A stretch of 64,000 nt of DNA from an uncultured Acidimicrobiales bacterium (GCA_963695075.1 CAVOFR010000007.1:1312925-1376924), one strand, 5' to 3'. Counted from the stretch's first letter, positions 54,072 to 64,000 are shown. Made by a program: numbers and translations. Notes: generated by a model from the letters alone, not told the origin.

Positions 54072-56353
54072 TGACCGCGCCGTGGACTGTCCACCAGCTG
54101 GCCGAGTTCCTCACCCTCTTCGACTCGGGGGACGGTGCATCCTTCGCGGAGGCTTCCGTCGATCGCGTCGCAGAGGCGCTCGACGCGGAGTTCGCGGCGT
54201 TCGTGCTCGACGGCTCGGTCGAGCACTGCATCGGGGTCCGGCGTGCCGACGTTGCGGGGGCCGTCCGAGGTGCTCTGGCTCCGGGCCGCATCGAGGTCGA
54301 TCTGCCGGGGATCGGACGCTGCGAGACGCTCACCGTCCCGGTCGACGAGTCCGACCGGCTCATCGTCGCAAGGGCGCAGGACCCGATTTCCCCCGAGGAG
54401 GAATCGTACGTGCGAGCGTGCGGCCGGGCGCTCACGCTGACGCTGCGTATGACGCGTGCGCTCGACTCCGAACGCGCCGCGCGCAACGCGGCGGAGGCCC
54501 ATGCCGCCGAGAACACGGCACTGCTCACTTCGCTTCGCGAGCGACAATCGCTGAACGACCGCCTCTTCAAGATCCAGCAGTCGATCTCCCACCGGGCGAA
54601 GACGGGAGACGTGCTGGATGCCATCACCGCCGGCGCCGGCGAGCTGCTGGACGCCTCGATATCAGCGCTGCGCCTCGTCGGCGACGGTCCGACGAGCACC
54701 CTGCTCGTCTCCTCGGTCGGCATCGAGGCTCTTGTGGTCGAGGGTGAGGACGGAGAGGACCCCACGAGGGAGATCGGTGAGGCGGCACTCATCCAGGGAA
54801 CGCTCGTGATCCGGTCCGTCGTCGTCGATGACCGCAGCGGCGAGACGGCCGCGATGGCGGCACCGGTCCACCGGGGCGGTGAGATCGTCGGCAGTCTCGT
54901 GGTGGCGGCAGGAAACCCGGACCGCTCGTTCAGTGCCGTCGAGGAGGAGGTCCTGCTCACCTTCGCCGAGCACGCATCTCTGGCGCTCAACGACGCGAGC
55001 GCGGTGGATGCCATCCGTTCCGAGCTCGTCTCCGCGAAGCACGACGCGACGCACGACGACCTCACCGGGCTCCCGAACCGGCCCGCGGCGATCCGGCTCC
55101 TCGGACGACTGCTCGATCCGTCGCGGGACTCCCCCGACTCGGTCACCGTGTTCTTCCTCGATCTCGACCGCTTCAAGGCGGTGAATGACGTGCTCGGTCA
55201 TGCATTCGGAGATGAGGTGCTTCGTGAGGTCGCGGCTCGACTGCGGCGGGTCGTTCGCGATGACGACCTCGTGGCTCGTCTGGCGGGTGACGAGTTCGTC
55301 GTCATCTCGGAGGGCATCGACGGCGATCAGGCCGAGATCCTCGCCGATCGGCTCAGCGTCGCGGTGGCGGAACCGCTCTCGCACGCCACACGGGAGACGG
55401 TGCTCACCGCGAGCATCGGCCTTGCCAGCGCTCGTTCGGGGGACGACCCGGAGACAGTGCTCTCGAACGCGGATGTCGCCATGTACCGTGCCAAGCAGCA
55501 GGGTCGGGACCGGGTGGAGACGTTCGACCAGGAGATGCGGCGCCAGATCCTGGACCGCATCAACGGCGAGCGCGAGCTGCGCGCGGCGCTCGAGCAGGGG
55601 CAGTTGTGCGTCTACTACCAGCCCTCGGTGAGGGTGCGCGGAGGGCGCACCGATGGTCTGGAGGCGCTCGTCCGCTGGCAGCATCCTGGGCGTGGCCTGC
55701 TCGGGCCGGACGCCTTCATCGCTCTCGCCGAGGACTCCGGCCACATCCGGGCCGTGGACACCTTCGTGCTCACCGAAGCATGCCGTCAGGTGGCCGAATG
55801 GCGGGACGCTCACCCGACACTGCGGGACCTCTACGTGACGGTCAACGTGTCGGCTCGCCAGTTCACCGACCCGAACCTGGTCGACACCGTGAGGCGTGTG
55901 CTCGAGGCGACGGGCCTTCCGGCGCGCTGCCTGTGGCTCGAGATCACCGAGACGGTCGTGATGGGGGAGACCGAGACCACCCTCGAGATACTGCGGGACC
56001 TGCGGGACCTCGGTGTGCATCTCATGGTCGATGACTTCGGGACGGGCTACTCGTCGCTCTCCTACCTCAAGCGGTTTCCGGTGGATGCCCTCAAGATCGA
56101 TCGGTCGTTCGTCGACGGCCTCGGAGTCGACCCCGACGACGAGGCGATCGTGACGGCAATCGTCGGCCTCGCCCAGGCACTCGATCTCGGACTGGTCGGA
56201 GAGGGGGTCGAGACGGAGCTTCAGCAGGCGGAGCTGCTGCGGCTCGGAGTCGACCATGCCCAGGGCTATCTCTACGCCCGTCCCATGTCGGCGCCCGATG
56301 TGCTCGCCCACATGCTCGCCGGCGATGGGTCCCTCGTCTCCCGTTCGTCCTAG
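54071..56353 (+). CDS. GAF-GGDEF-EAL diguanylate cyclase/phosphodiesterase
   Basis: HDDLTGLPNR, DLDRFKAVND, I-site RDDD, AGDEF, EAL, DDFGTGYSSLSYL, EGVE, QGY. TGATG overlap with the FIST gene. Confidence 0.93.
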   Translation: MTAPWTVHQLAEFLTLFDSGDGASFAEASVDRVAEALDAEFAAFVLDGSVEHCIGVRRADVAGAVRGALAPGRIEVDLPGIGRCETLTVPVDESDRLIVARAQDPISPEEESYVRACGRALTLTLRMTRALDSERAARNAAEAHAAENTALLTSLRERQSLNDRLFKIQQSISHRAKTGDVLDAITAGAGELLDASISALRLVGDGPTSTLLVSSVGIEALVVEGEDGEDPTREIGEAALIQGTLVIRSVVVDDRSGETAAMAAPVHRGGEIVGSLVVAAGNPDRSFSAVEEEVLLTFAEHASLALNDASAVDAIRSELVSAKHDATHDDLTGLPNRPAAIRLLGRLLDPSRDSPDSVTVFFLDLDRFKAVNDVLGHAFGDEVLREVAARLRRVVRDDDLVARLAGDEFVVISEGIDGDQAEILADRLSVAVAEPLSHATRETVLTASIGLASARSGDDPETVLSNADVAMYRAKQQGRDRVETFDQEMRRQILDRINGERELRAALEQGQLCVYYQPSVRVRGGRTDGLEALVRWQHPGRGLLGPDAFIALAEDSGHIRAVDTFVLTEACRQVAEWRDAHPTLRDLYVTVNVSARQFTDPNLVDTVRRVLEATGLPARCLWLEITETVVMGETETTLEILRDLRDLGVHLMVDDFGTGYSSLSYLKRFPVDALKIDRSFVDGLGVDPDDEAIVTAIVGLAQALDLGLVGEGVETELQQAELLRLGVDHAQGYLYARPMSAPDVLAHMLAGDGSLVSRSS

Positions 56354-56359
56354 ATTCCA

Positions 56360-56386
56360 CCGGACGCCGGCGCTGCTGCCGTCCGG
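56360..56386 (+). terminator. GC hairpin after the GGDEF-EAL gene
   Basis: CCGGACG...CGTCCGG, 7-bp stem. Confidence 0.4.
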
Positions 56387-56452
56387 CCGGCTCTGGCCGT
56401 TCTGCTATTTTCGACTACAGTGCAGCGACTTAATTCTCCGGGGGGACATCGA

Positions 56453-57898
56453 ATGACCAAGCGGCTCATCACGCTTAGCGCGGCGCTGGCTCTGCTCGCG
56501 GCGGCATGCGGCAGCCAGATAGACACGGTGGCCGACGTTGGAACCGACGCCGGCGCCACGGATACGGCTGGCCCCACCTCCGCCGGGACCGGTACATCCG
56601 ATACCGCTGGCACCGGAACGGGTGCCGAGACCGATGGCGACGGACCCCCGGCCGAAGTCGACCTGATGGACGGCTGGTTCGGCGACATGGAGGTCCCCTG
56701 CGGACCCACCCCGGAGGGGATGACCCTGACCGGCGGCCAAGATCTCGGCGTCACCGCCGACGCGGTCGAACTCGCCATCATCGCCGACGTCGAGGGTCCC
56801 CGACCCGGCGTCAACAAGGAGGCCCTCGACGGTACCAACGCGTTCACGGATTGGTGCAACAGCCTGGGTGGCGTCAACGGCCGCCAGCTCAAGCTGACCC
56901 ACCTCGACTCGAAGATCCTGGAGTTCGCTCCCCGCGCCGAGGAGGCCTGCTCGTTCGCCTTCGCCACCGTCGGTACCGCGGTGGTAATCGACGACGTCGG
57001 CGCCCAGACCCTGGTCGACTGCGACATGGTCAGCGTTCCGGCCTACACGGTCAGCGACAAGTTCGCGCTGTCGGACCGGATGGTGCAGTCCAACCCCAAT
57101 CCACCCGACACGTACCTGGTGCTGTCGCTGCGCAGGGTGGCCGAGGAGAACCCCGAGGCGGTCAAGCACGCGGCGATCCTCACGGCGGGTCTCCCCTCGC
57201 TCCAAATGCAGCGGGACCGGCAGCAGGCGGGCGCCGAGGCCCTGGGTTGGGAGTTCGTCTACACGGCCGAGCATGCGATCACCGAGCAGAACTGGGGCGC
57301 GTTCGTGGCCGACATGAAGGCGAAAGGGGTCGAGGCCGTCATACACGTGGCCGAGCCGTCCGAGACCAACAACATGCTCCGCGAGATGGTGAAGCAGGGG
57401 ATCGACCTCCAGGAGATGATCTTCGTCTTCAACCCGAACTATTACGACGCCGAATACCTCGAGCTGGCCGGCGATCTGGCGGCCGGCCAGATCCTCGACA
57501 TGAGCTACGTGCCCTTCGAGGAGGCCGAGGAGAATCCGGCCGCGGACGAGTTCGTCGAGATCCTCCAGGAATTCGGCGGGTTCGAGCCCTCGCTCATCGC
57601 CGTCCAGGCGTTCTCGTCTGCGCTCCTCTTCGCCGATGCCCTCCAGGCCATCGGTGACGACGTCACCCGGGAGGCCCTGCTCACGCAGCTCGAGACGGAG
57701 GACGACTGGACCGCGGGTGGCATCACCGGTTCGCAGGACCCCGGCGCCAACACCCGGTCGCCATGTGCAATCAGCCTCCGGATCAACGACACTGGTACCG
57801 GCTACGAGCGGGCGTTCCCCGACGAGGGGTTCGACTGCGATCCGGCCAACGTCGTCGCCGTCCCGGGCGACTTCAGCGGGGCATCAGCAGGGGGCTGA
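56453..57898 (+). CDS. Liv-type (HAAT family) ABC substrate-binding lipoprotein
   Basis: Lipobox LAAAC, Thr/Gly linker, GVTADAVEL, WCNSLGGVNGRQLKL, FADALQAIG. Confidence 0.85.
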   Translation: MTKRLITLSAALALLAAACGSQIDTVADVGTDAGATDTAGPTSAGTGTSDTAGTGTGAETDGDGPPAEVDLMDGWFGDMEVPCGPTPEGMTLTGGQDLGVTADAVELAIIADVEGPRPGVNKEALDGTNAFTDWCNSLGGVNGRQLKLTHLDSKILEFAPRAEEACSFAFATVGTAVVIDDVGAQTLVDCDMVSVPAYTVSDKFALSDRMVQSNPNPPDTYLVLSLRRVAEENPEAVKHAAILTAGLPSLQMQRDRQQAGAEALGWEFVYTAEHAITEQNWGAFVADMKAKGVEAVIHVAEPSETNNMLREMVKQGIDLQEMIFVFNPNYYDAEYLELAGDLAAGQILDMSYVPFEEAEENPAADEFVEILQEFGGFEPSLIAVQAFSSALLFADALQAIGDDVTREALLTQLETEDDWTAGGITGSQDPGANTRSPCAISLRINDTGTGYERAFPDEGFDCDPANVVAVPGDFSGASAGG

Positions 57899-57928
57899 CC
57901 CGCACGACGAGGGGGAACGACAGAGCGA

Positions 57929-59975
57929 ATGGACACCGTGGCCCAGTTCCTGGTCTCGGGCATCGTGCTCGGCGCCATCTATGCCGTTGCCGCCTCGGGC
58001 CTGGTCGTGACATACACGACCTCGGGCATCTTCAACTTCGCCCACGGCGCGTTCGGCATGCTGGGCGCCTACCTCTACTGGCAGATGGTGAAGGGCTGGG
58101 GCTGGCCGGTTCCGGTGGCCCTCGTCGTGCTGCTCGGCGTCCTGGCTCCGCTGTTCGGAGCGGTCGTCGAGCGGACGATCATGCGCGGCCTCCAGGGTGT
58201 GTCGGAGGTCACGCGACTGGTGGTCTCCATCAGCTTGCTCGTCGGTCTGCTCTCGCTGGCCCAGGTGATCTGGACCAACGCGGTGGGTCGTACCGGAGCG
58301 CAGTTCTTCCAGGGCGAACGGTTCACGGTGGTCGGCTATGGCGTCAGCTACCACGAGGCCGTCACGATCGTCGTCGCCCTGCTGATCGCCCTCGGGCTCC
58401 GGTTGCTGCTCTATCGCGTCAGGCTGGGCATCGCCATGCGCTCGGTGGTCGATGATCGCGGGCTGGCCAGCCTCAACGGCGTCCGGCCCGACCGCACGGC
58501 CATGGCCAGCTGGGCCCTGGGCACGATGCTGGCCGCCGTGGCCGGCATCCTCGTCGCCGGGGGATCGACGCTCGACCACCTCCCGCTCACCCTTCTCGTC
58601 ATCAACGCGTACGCCGCCGCGATCTTCGGGCGGCTGAAGAGCCTGCCACTCACGTTCGTCGGCGCTCTGGTTCTGGGCCTCCTCGACTCGTTCATCCTCG
58701 TGTACTCCGACGACATCCTCGACGCGTTCGGTTGGGATGCACCCTGGCTCGCCACGACGTTCCGATCGGTCGTGCCGGTCCTCGTGCTGTTCGCCGTGCT
58801 GATGGTGATCCGCCCCTCCCCGGTCAAGACCCTCGGTGTGACGCAGCTGCGGGAGATGATCCCCAAGCCCAGCATCCAGAAGGTCCTCCAGTGGGGGGCG
58901 GTCATGATCCTCACGGCGACCGCCGTCGGGCTGTGGCTCGACGGGCTCGACTCGCGCTGGGCACCTCAGGACCTCGACGACCTGATCAAGGGCGTCGGGT
59001 TCGCCATCATCATGCTGTCGTTGGTCCCGCTCACCGGCTACGGGGGACAGATCTCTCTCGCCCAGTGGACCTTCGCGGGGATCGGCGGTGTGAGCATGGC
59101 CTACTGGGGCGGTGACAACCAGATCCTCGCCGTCCTCGCCGGCGTCGGTATCAGCACGTTGGTTGGGGCACTGGTGGCCCTGCCCGCCATCCGCCTCCGC
59201 GGGATCTACCTCGCACTGGCCACGATGGCCTTCGCCACGTTCATGGAGCTGTTCGTGTTCCAGGAGCTGGAGCTGCTCGCCTCGGGCAGCGCCCGGGTCG
59301 AAGGCCTGGCCATACCGCTCGTTTCATTGGAGAGCAGGTCGGCCACGCTGGTCTTCCTCTCGATCGTGTTCGTCCTGATGGCTCTGTTCGTGGTCCGTCC
59401 TGCGCCGTAGCCGTTTCGGACGCCGTCTCCAGGCCATGAAGGACAGCGAAGCGGCATCGGCCACGATCGGCATGAGCCTGGTGAAGACCAAGCTCGTGGT
59501 GTTCTCGCTCTCGGCCGGCATGGCCGGGCTGGGCGGCGCACTCTACTTCTCGAGCATCAAGACCGTCAGTCTCGGCGACGTATCCATGGTCAACAGCCTG
59601 GTGCTGACCCTCATGGCGGTGGTCGGCGGCATCGCGTCGGTCGCGGGTGTCCTGTTCGGCGGGATGATGCTCGGCGTGTTCGACATCATCAGCACCCATG
59701 TCCCGGCGCTCACCAACCTGCTCCTGGTCGCCCCGGGTCTGGTCGGTATCAGTATCGGCCGCAACCCCAACGGGGCCGTGGCCGAGATCGCCCGCAGCAT
59801 CGGTGAGGTCGGGGACGATCCGGACTCGGCCGGCGACAGGGTCGAGGATCTGGATCTCACGATGGTGGGAGTCGACCGCCCGATCACCACCGAGGACGTC
59901 GAGACCCTGGATCGGACCCTCGACCTGGCCGCCGAGGCCGATCGCGCGGTCTCGGGAGCGGGAGTGGGCCCATGA
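57929..59975 (+). pseudogene. Fused LivH-LivM permease interrupted by a +1 insertion near 59396 (frameshifted gene or sequencing error)
   Basis: The 57929 frame stops at 59410. Removing one C from gtg gtc C gtc ctg restores ...LFVVVLRRSRFGRRLQAMKDSEAAS..., the LivM motif, giving one 681-aa ORF ending at 59975. Confidence 0.85.
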
Positions 59976-60742
59976 CCGTCGCCGACGCCGGTCTCGAGCC
60001 GCTGCTGCCCGACGTGGTCGAGGGCCTCGAACTGCGGGGGATCACCGTGCGCTTCGGAGGTCACACCGCGGTCGACTCGGTCGATCTCGAAGCCCCGACC
60101 GGTCGGCTGACCGGGCTGATCGGTCCCAACGGGGCGGGTAAGACGACCATCTTCAACGCCATCTGCGGGATGCAGCCGGTGGTGGCCGGGTCCGTGTACT
60201 TCAACGGTGCGGAGATCACCGGACTGCCGACGCACCGGCGGGCCCGGACGGGGATCTCGAGGACCTTCCAGCGGCTCGAGGTGTTCGGTTCGCTCACGGC
60301 GGCCGAGAACGTCCAGGTCGCGGTCGAGATGCGGATGGCATGGCACCGGGACAAGGCCGATCCCCAGCAGGAGGTGGCGAAACTGCTCGAGCGGGTCGGA
60401 GCCGCGGATCTGGCCGATGACCGCGCCGACGCGCTCCCCACCGGTCAGGCCCGGCTGATCGAGCTGGCGCGCGCGCTCGCCGGTCGACCGCAGCTGCTCC
60501 TTCTCGACGAACCGGCGTCGGGCCTCACCGAGGCCGAGACCGAGACCTTCGGCCGCCTCCTGGTCGACCTGGTCGACGAGGGCATCGGCGTCCTGCTCGT
60601 CGAGCATGATGTGTCCCTGGTGATGGAGGTGTGCCAGTACCTGTACGTCCTCGACTTCGGTGCGGTGCTCGCACAGGGATCGGTCGACGAGATCCAGCGC
60701 AACGCGGCCGTGCAGCAGGCCTACCTCGGGGCGAGCACATGA
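59972..60742 (+). CDS. livG: Liv-type ABC ATP-binding subunit (LivG-like)
   Basis: GPNGAGKTT, SRTFQRL, LLLDEPASGL, LVEHD, AVQQAYLG. Confidence 0.88.
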   Translation: MTVADAGLEPLLPDVVEGLELRGITVRFGGHTAVDSVDLEAPTGRLTGLIGPNGAGKTTIFNAICGMQPVVAGSVYFNGAEITGLPTHRRARTGISRTFQRLEVFGSLTAAENVQVAVEMRMAWHRDKADPQQEVAKLLERVGAADLADDRADALPTGQARLIELARALAGRPQLLLLDEPASGLTEAETETFGRLLVDLVDEGIGVLLVEHDVSLVMEVCQYLYVLDFGAVLAQGSVDEIQRNAAVQQAYLGAST

Positions 60743-61476
60743 CCGCCGTCCCGGAACCTCCGCTCCTCGAGCTCCGCCATGTGACGGCCGCTTATGGGCG
60801 GATCCAGGTGCTGCACGGGGTCGACATAACCCTCGAACGCGGCACGGTGTTCGCCCTGCTCGGTCCGAACGGGGCGGGGAAGAGCACCACGCTCAAGGTG
60901 GTCGGGATGCAGATGCAGCCGACCGGTGGTCAGGTGAGGATGGCGGGTCATCTGGTCAACGGACAGAGCCCCGATCAACTGGCCCGACTCGGGGTGTGCA
61001 CCATCCCCGAGGGGCGTGGGGTCTTCCCGAGCCTGACCGTGCGGGAGAACCTCCGCATGGCGACCTACGCCGGTACGTCGCTGTCGGAGATCGAGGCGAA
61101 AGCCTACGAGCAGTTCCCCCGCTTGGGGGAGCGCCGCTCCCAGGAGGCCGGTTCGATGTCGGGCGGCGAGCAGCAGATGCTGGCCATGGCCAGAGGTCTC
61201 GCCACCGATCCTGCTCTGCTCCTGCTCGACGAGCTCTCGATGGGCCTCGCTCCCATCATCGTCGAGGACCTCTACGGCATCGTCGCCGAGATAGCGAAGC
61301 AGGGAACGCCGATCATGGTCGTGGAACAATTCGCCCGCACCGTCTTGGGTTGTGCCGACGTGGCGGCCATCATGTTGCACGGACGCGTCGTCAAGACCGG
61401 TCGACCGGAAGACATCGAGTCGGAACTGTCCGACGCCTACCTCGGCGGGTCGGGCGCCGTGGCCACGAAAGGGTAG
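60739..61476 (+). CDS. livF: Liv-type ABC ATP-binding subunit (LivF-like)
   Basis: GPNGAGKST, PEGRGVF, MSGGEQQMLA, LLDELSMGLAP, VEQF, AYLGG. Confidence 0.9.
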   Translation: MTAVPEPPLLELRHVTAAYGRIQVLHGVDITLERGTVFALLGPNGAGKSTTLKVVGMQMQPTGGQVRMAGHLVNGQSPDQLARLGVCTIPEGRGVFPSLTVRENLRMATYAGTSLSEIEAKAYEQFPRLGERRSQEAGSMSGGEQQMLAMARGLATDPALLLLDELSMGLAPIIVEDLYGIVAEIAKQGTPIMVVEQFARTVLGCADVAAIMLHGRVVKTGRPEDIESELSDAYLGGSGAVATKG

Positions 61477-61480
61477 ACCC

Positions 61481-62059
61481 ATGTATGACAACCAGCAGCG
61501 GATCGACGAGTTCAAGACCGAGCTCGCCGCCCTGAGGACCAAGAGCACGTCCAGCGCCACCGGCGACCGTCGCCTGCTCGCTCTCGGGGTCCTCTTCATG
61601 ATCGGCGGCGTCGTAGCGATCGTGGCCGGATACTGGGGGGCGGCGAACACGTTGTCGACGCCCGAGGCGATCTCCTATCTCCTCTCCGGCGGCATGGTGG
61701 GGATGGCGCTCGTCATCATCGGCATCGCCCTGTTCCTCCGGTACTCGATGGCGGCCTTCCTCAAGTTCTGGCTCGTCCGTTGGGTCTACGAGCAGCAGGC
61801 GCAGACCGATCGCGTGATCGAAGCGATGGGCGGAGAGCCGGTCACGCCCCTGGGGATGGACACCACCGAGTCGTCGTACCACACCGTGGTCGACGGACCG
61901 GGCACCCCTGCGCCCCCCGAGGTCGGACACCCGGGCGTGGAGAGCGTCGTCGACCCCGGGACCAGCCATGCTCCGCCGGCCACATCCGTGTCAAGTCCCT
62001 GGGGTGACACGGCTCCGGGTGGTATGCGCCCGCCCCGGCCTCCCGTGGAGCCCGCTTGA
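61481..62059 (+). CDS. Two-TM membrane protein of unknown function with a Pro-rich tail
   Basis: Starts 4 nt after the livF stop. Two hydrophobic helices, then FLRYSMAAFLKFWLVRWVYEQQ. Confidence 0.7.
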   Translation: MYDNQQRIDEFKTELAALRTKSTSSATGDRRLLALGVLFMIGGVVAIVAGYWGAANTLSTPEAISYLLSGGMVGMALVIIGIALFLRYSMAAFLKFWLVRWVYEQQAQTDRVIEAMGGEPVTPLGMDTTESSYHTVVDGPGTPAPPEVGHPGVESVVDPGTSHAPPATSVSSPWGDTAPGGMRPPRPPVEPA

Positions 62060-62823
62060 CGACCGACCGCGTCATCGCGGTCACCGGGTCGGCCTCCGGA
62101 CTCGGTGCCGCCCTTCGCTCCCGGCTCGAGGCTACCGGAGCCCGTGTGATCGGTGTGGATCTGCACGATCAGGAGGTGATCGCCGATCTGTCCACCGTGG
62201 ACGGTAGGGCCGACGCGGTCGCCGCCGTGCTCCAGGCGAGCGGAGGTTCGCTGGGCGGTGCGGTTGCCTGTGCCGGGCTCGGACCGCAGGTCAGTCCCAC
62301 CCGGTTGATCGCCGCCGTCAACTACTTCGGAGCAGTGGCCTTCCTCGACGGCGTGGCTGCCGCGATCGAACGAGGCGGTGCCGCGGTCGCGGTGGCGTCC
62401 AACTCGGCGACCATCACGCCGCCGGACGACCAGGGCCTGGTCGATCTTCTCCTGGCCGGCGACGAGCCGGCGGCGCTCGACACCGCCGACCAGGTGCACG
62501 GCGCCATCGTGTACGGCATGACGAAGCTCGCGCTGGCACGTGCGGTGCGGTCCCGCGCCGTCGGGTGGGGAGCGCGAGGCGTGAGGCTCAACGCGGTCGC
62601 GCCCGGCCCGATCGACACGCCACTCCTCCAGGGAGGCCTCGACGATCCCGAGATCGGCCCCCTGATCGATGTACTGCCAGTCCCGCTCGATCGGCGGGCG
62701 TCGGCCGACGAGATCGCAGCGGTGATCCAGTTCCTGCTGTCCGCCGAGGCCGCCTACGTGCATGGGAGCGTCCTCTTCTGCGACGGTGGCACCGACGCGC
62801 AACTCCGGCCCACCGACTTCTAG
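62056..62823 (+). CDS. SDR oxidoreductase (3-alpha-hydroxysteroid-dehydrogenase-like)
   Basis: TGSASGLG, AVNYFG, YGMTK, NAVAPG, DTPLL, CDGGTDA. TTG start overlapping the upstream stop. Confidence 0.88.
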   Translation: MTTDRVIAVTGSASGLGAALRSRLEATGARVIGVDLHDQEVIADLSTVDGRADAVAAVLQASGGSLGGAVACAGLGPQVSPTRLIAAVNYFGAVAFLDGVAAAIERGGAAVAVASNSATITPPDDQGLVDLLLAGDEPAALDTADQVHGAIVYGMTKLALARAVRSRAVGWGARGVRLNAVAPGPIDTPLLQGGLDDPEIGPLIDVLPVPLDRRASADEIAAVIQFLLSAEAAYVHGSVLFCDGGTDAQLRPTDF

Positions 62824-62834
62824 GGCCGGAGGTG

Positions 62835-64000
62835 GTGGACGCTCTCGACACCGCCATCGCCGAGGCCCGTCGGCGCTACGTCGCGACGCGTCCCGAGAGC
62901 GCCAGGCTCGACGGACTGGCCCGAACGGTCATGCCCGGAGGCAACACGCGGTCGGTGCTCGACTTCGCCCCGTTCCCATTCCGGGTCGCGTCGGCTTCCG
63001 GTGCCGAACTGACCGACGTCGATGGCCATCGCTACGTCGACTTCTGCGGCAACTACACCGCCGGTCTCCTGGGCTTCCACCCGGATCTCGTCCGCGACGC
63101 GGTGGTCGCCGCACTCGACGAGGGATTCGCCATCGGAGCCACCCATCCGCGGGAGATCGAGCTGGCCCGACTCGTGGTCGATCGATTCGCCTCGATCGAG
63201 CAGGTGCGCTTCACCAATTCGGGGACCGAGGCGAACCTCATGGCGATCGGCACCGCCCTCCATCACACGGGTCGGACCGGCGTCGGCGTGTTCGAGGGCG
63301 CCTATCACGGCGGAGTCCTCTCGTTCGGCGGCGATGGGCGCCTCAACGTCCCCCATCGCTTTCGGATCGCACCCTTCGACGACGTCGGCGCTCTCGATGG
63401 CCTGTTCGACGCTCGTGATCTGGGCTGTGTAATCGTCGAGGCCGTTCAAGGTGCAGGCGGATGCCGCCCGGCCGGCGCAGACTTCATCGGCGAACTGCGG
63501 CGGCGCTGCACCGACGCCGGCTCTCTCCTGATCCTCGACGAGGTGATGACCTCGCGACTGGCACCCGGCGGAGCCCAGGAGCTCTACGGGATCACGCCCG
63601 ACCTGACCACGCTCGGGAAGTACCTGGGCGGAGGTATGTCGTTCGGAGCGTTCGGCGGTAGGACCGATGTGATGGCGGCGTTCGACCCTGCGCGGGGAGG
63701 TGAGCTCACGCAGGCCGGGACGTTCAACAACAACGTCGTGTCCATGGCCGCCGCCATCGCCACGCTGCACCACGGCCTCGACCCCGATCGCCTGGCTGCC
63801 ACCAACTCACGCGGTGAGGAGCTCCGCGCCCGGCTGGCCGCGATCTTCGCAGACGCCGGCCTCGACATGTGGGCGACGGGCCGAGGATCGATGCTCAACG
63901 TCCATGCCCGTGACGACCGATGGCTGGAGCTGTACTTCCACGACATGCTGGAGTGCGGCCACTACCTGGCCCGCCGTGGTTTCATCGCCCTCTCGATGGA
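62835..64000 (+). CDS. Class-III PLP aminotransferase (GSA-aminomutase-like), truncated by the window end
   Basis: MPGGNTR, DVDGHRYVD, VRFTNSGTEA, YHGG, LILDEVMT, DLTTLGKYLGGG, GTFNNN. Open to 64000 and missing from the ORF track. Confidence 0.88.
   Translation, partial: MDALDTAIAEARRRYVATRPESARLDGLARTVMPGGNTRSVLDFAPFPFRVASASGAELTDVDGHRYVDFCGNYTAGLLGFHPDLVRDAVVAALDEGFAIGATHPREIELARLVVDRFASIEQVRFTNSGTEANLMAIGTALHHTGRTGVGVFEGAYHGGVLSFGGDGRLNVPHRFRIAPFDDVGALDGLFDARDLGCVIVEAVQGAGGCRPAGADFIGELRRRCTDAGSLLILDEVMTSRLAPGGAQELYGITPDLTTLGKYLGGGMSFGAFGGRTDVMAAFDPARGGELTQAGTFNNNVVSMAAAIATLHHGLDPDRLAATNSRGEELRARLAAIFADAGLDMWATGRGSMLNVHARDDRWLELYFHDMLECGHYLARRGFIALSM

Noticed and set aside
55280-55300. AGDEF as a degenerate, inactive cyclase site
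   Set aside because: The first position of the motif tolerates Ala/Ser. GDEF and the upstream DxDxFKxxND residues are intact.
59390-59410. Programmed ribosomal frameshift in livHM
   Set aside because: No X-XXY-YYZ slippery heptamer or stimulatory structure seen. A simple 1-nt insertion explains it.
62835-64000. Naming the class-III aminotransferase hemL
   Set aside because: The gene is truncated, no heme-synthesis genes are nearby, and GSA-like paralogs of other function are common.
1-64000. tRNA, rRNA, riboswitch, IS, integrase or prophage
   Set aside because: No recognisable motifs. Intergenic gaps are short and explained by promoters, operators and hairpins. An Rfam or tRNAscan run would be needed to exclude small RNAs formally.

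Overview
Gene-dense, high-GC actinobacterial chromosomal segment with about 62 genes. An Acidimicrobiia-like origin is inferred from F420-type LLM enzymes, a KstR homolog, DUF4190/DUF2510 proteins, a fused LivHM permease and leaderless promoters. I saw no rRNA, tRNA, transposase, integrase, phage or cas genes. Gene blocks in order: a polyamine-type ABC transporter with a hidden divergent Rossmann-fold gene at the left edge; a sulfotransferase-sat pair next to a His-phosphatase, antiporter, nitrobindin and arylsulfatase; an 8-gene amino-sugar/GT2/GT-C glycosylation operon; AKR-ferredoxin, a duplicated-domain Cys lipoprotein and aroC; a large acyl-CoA catabolic region (CoA transferases, paired acyl-CoA dehydrogenases, a MaoC pair, CoA ligases, SDRs, LLM oxidoreductases, two TetR regulators); a FIST plus GAF-GGDEF-EAL pair; a Liv-type ABC transporter with a 1-nt frameshift; and a class-III aminotransferase cut by the right edge. 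The most notable non-gene structure is: (1) five copies of a palindrome, consensus ATCTGACG-N3-CGTCAGAT, each just upstream of an acyl-CoA catabolic unit, one of which encodes a TetR (candidate regulon); (2) four dispersed 51-nt hairpins in identical register with compensatory base changes, each just after a stop codon (REP/MITE-like family); (3) a canonical KstR box ahead of an operon encoding a KstR homolog; (4) a 67-bp tandem repeat in about 3.9 copies. All family and function calls come from motif recognition and recall, not from database searches.
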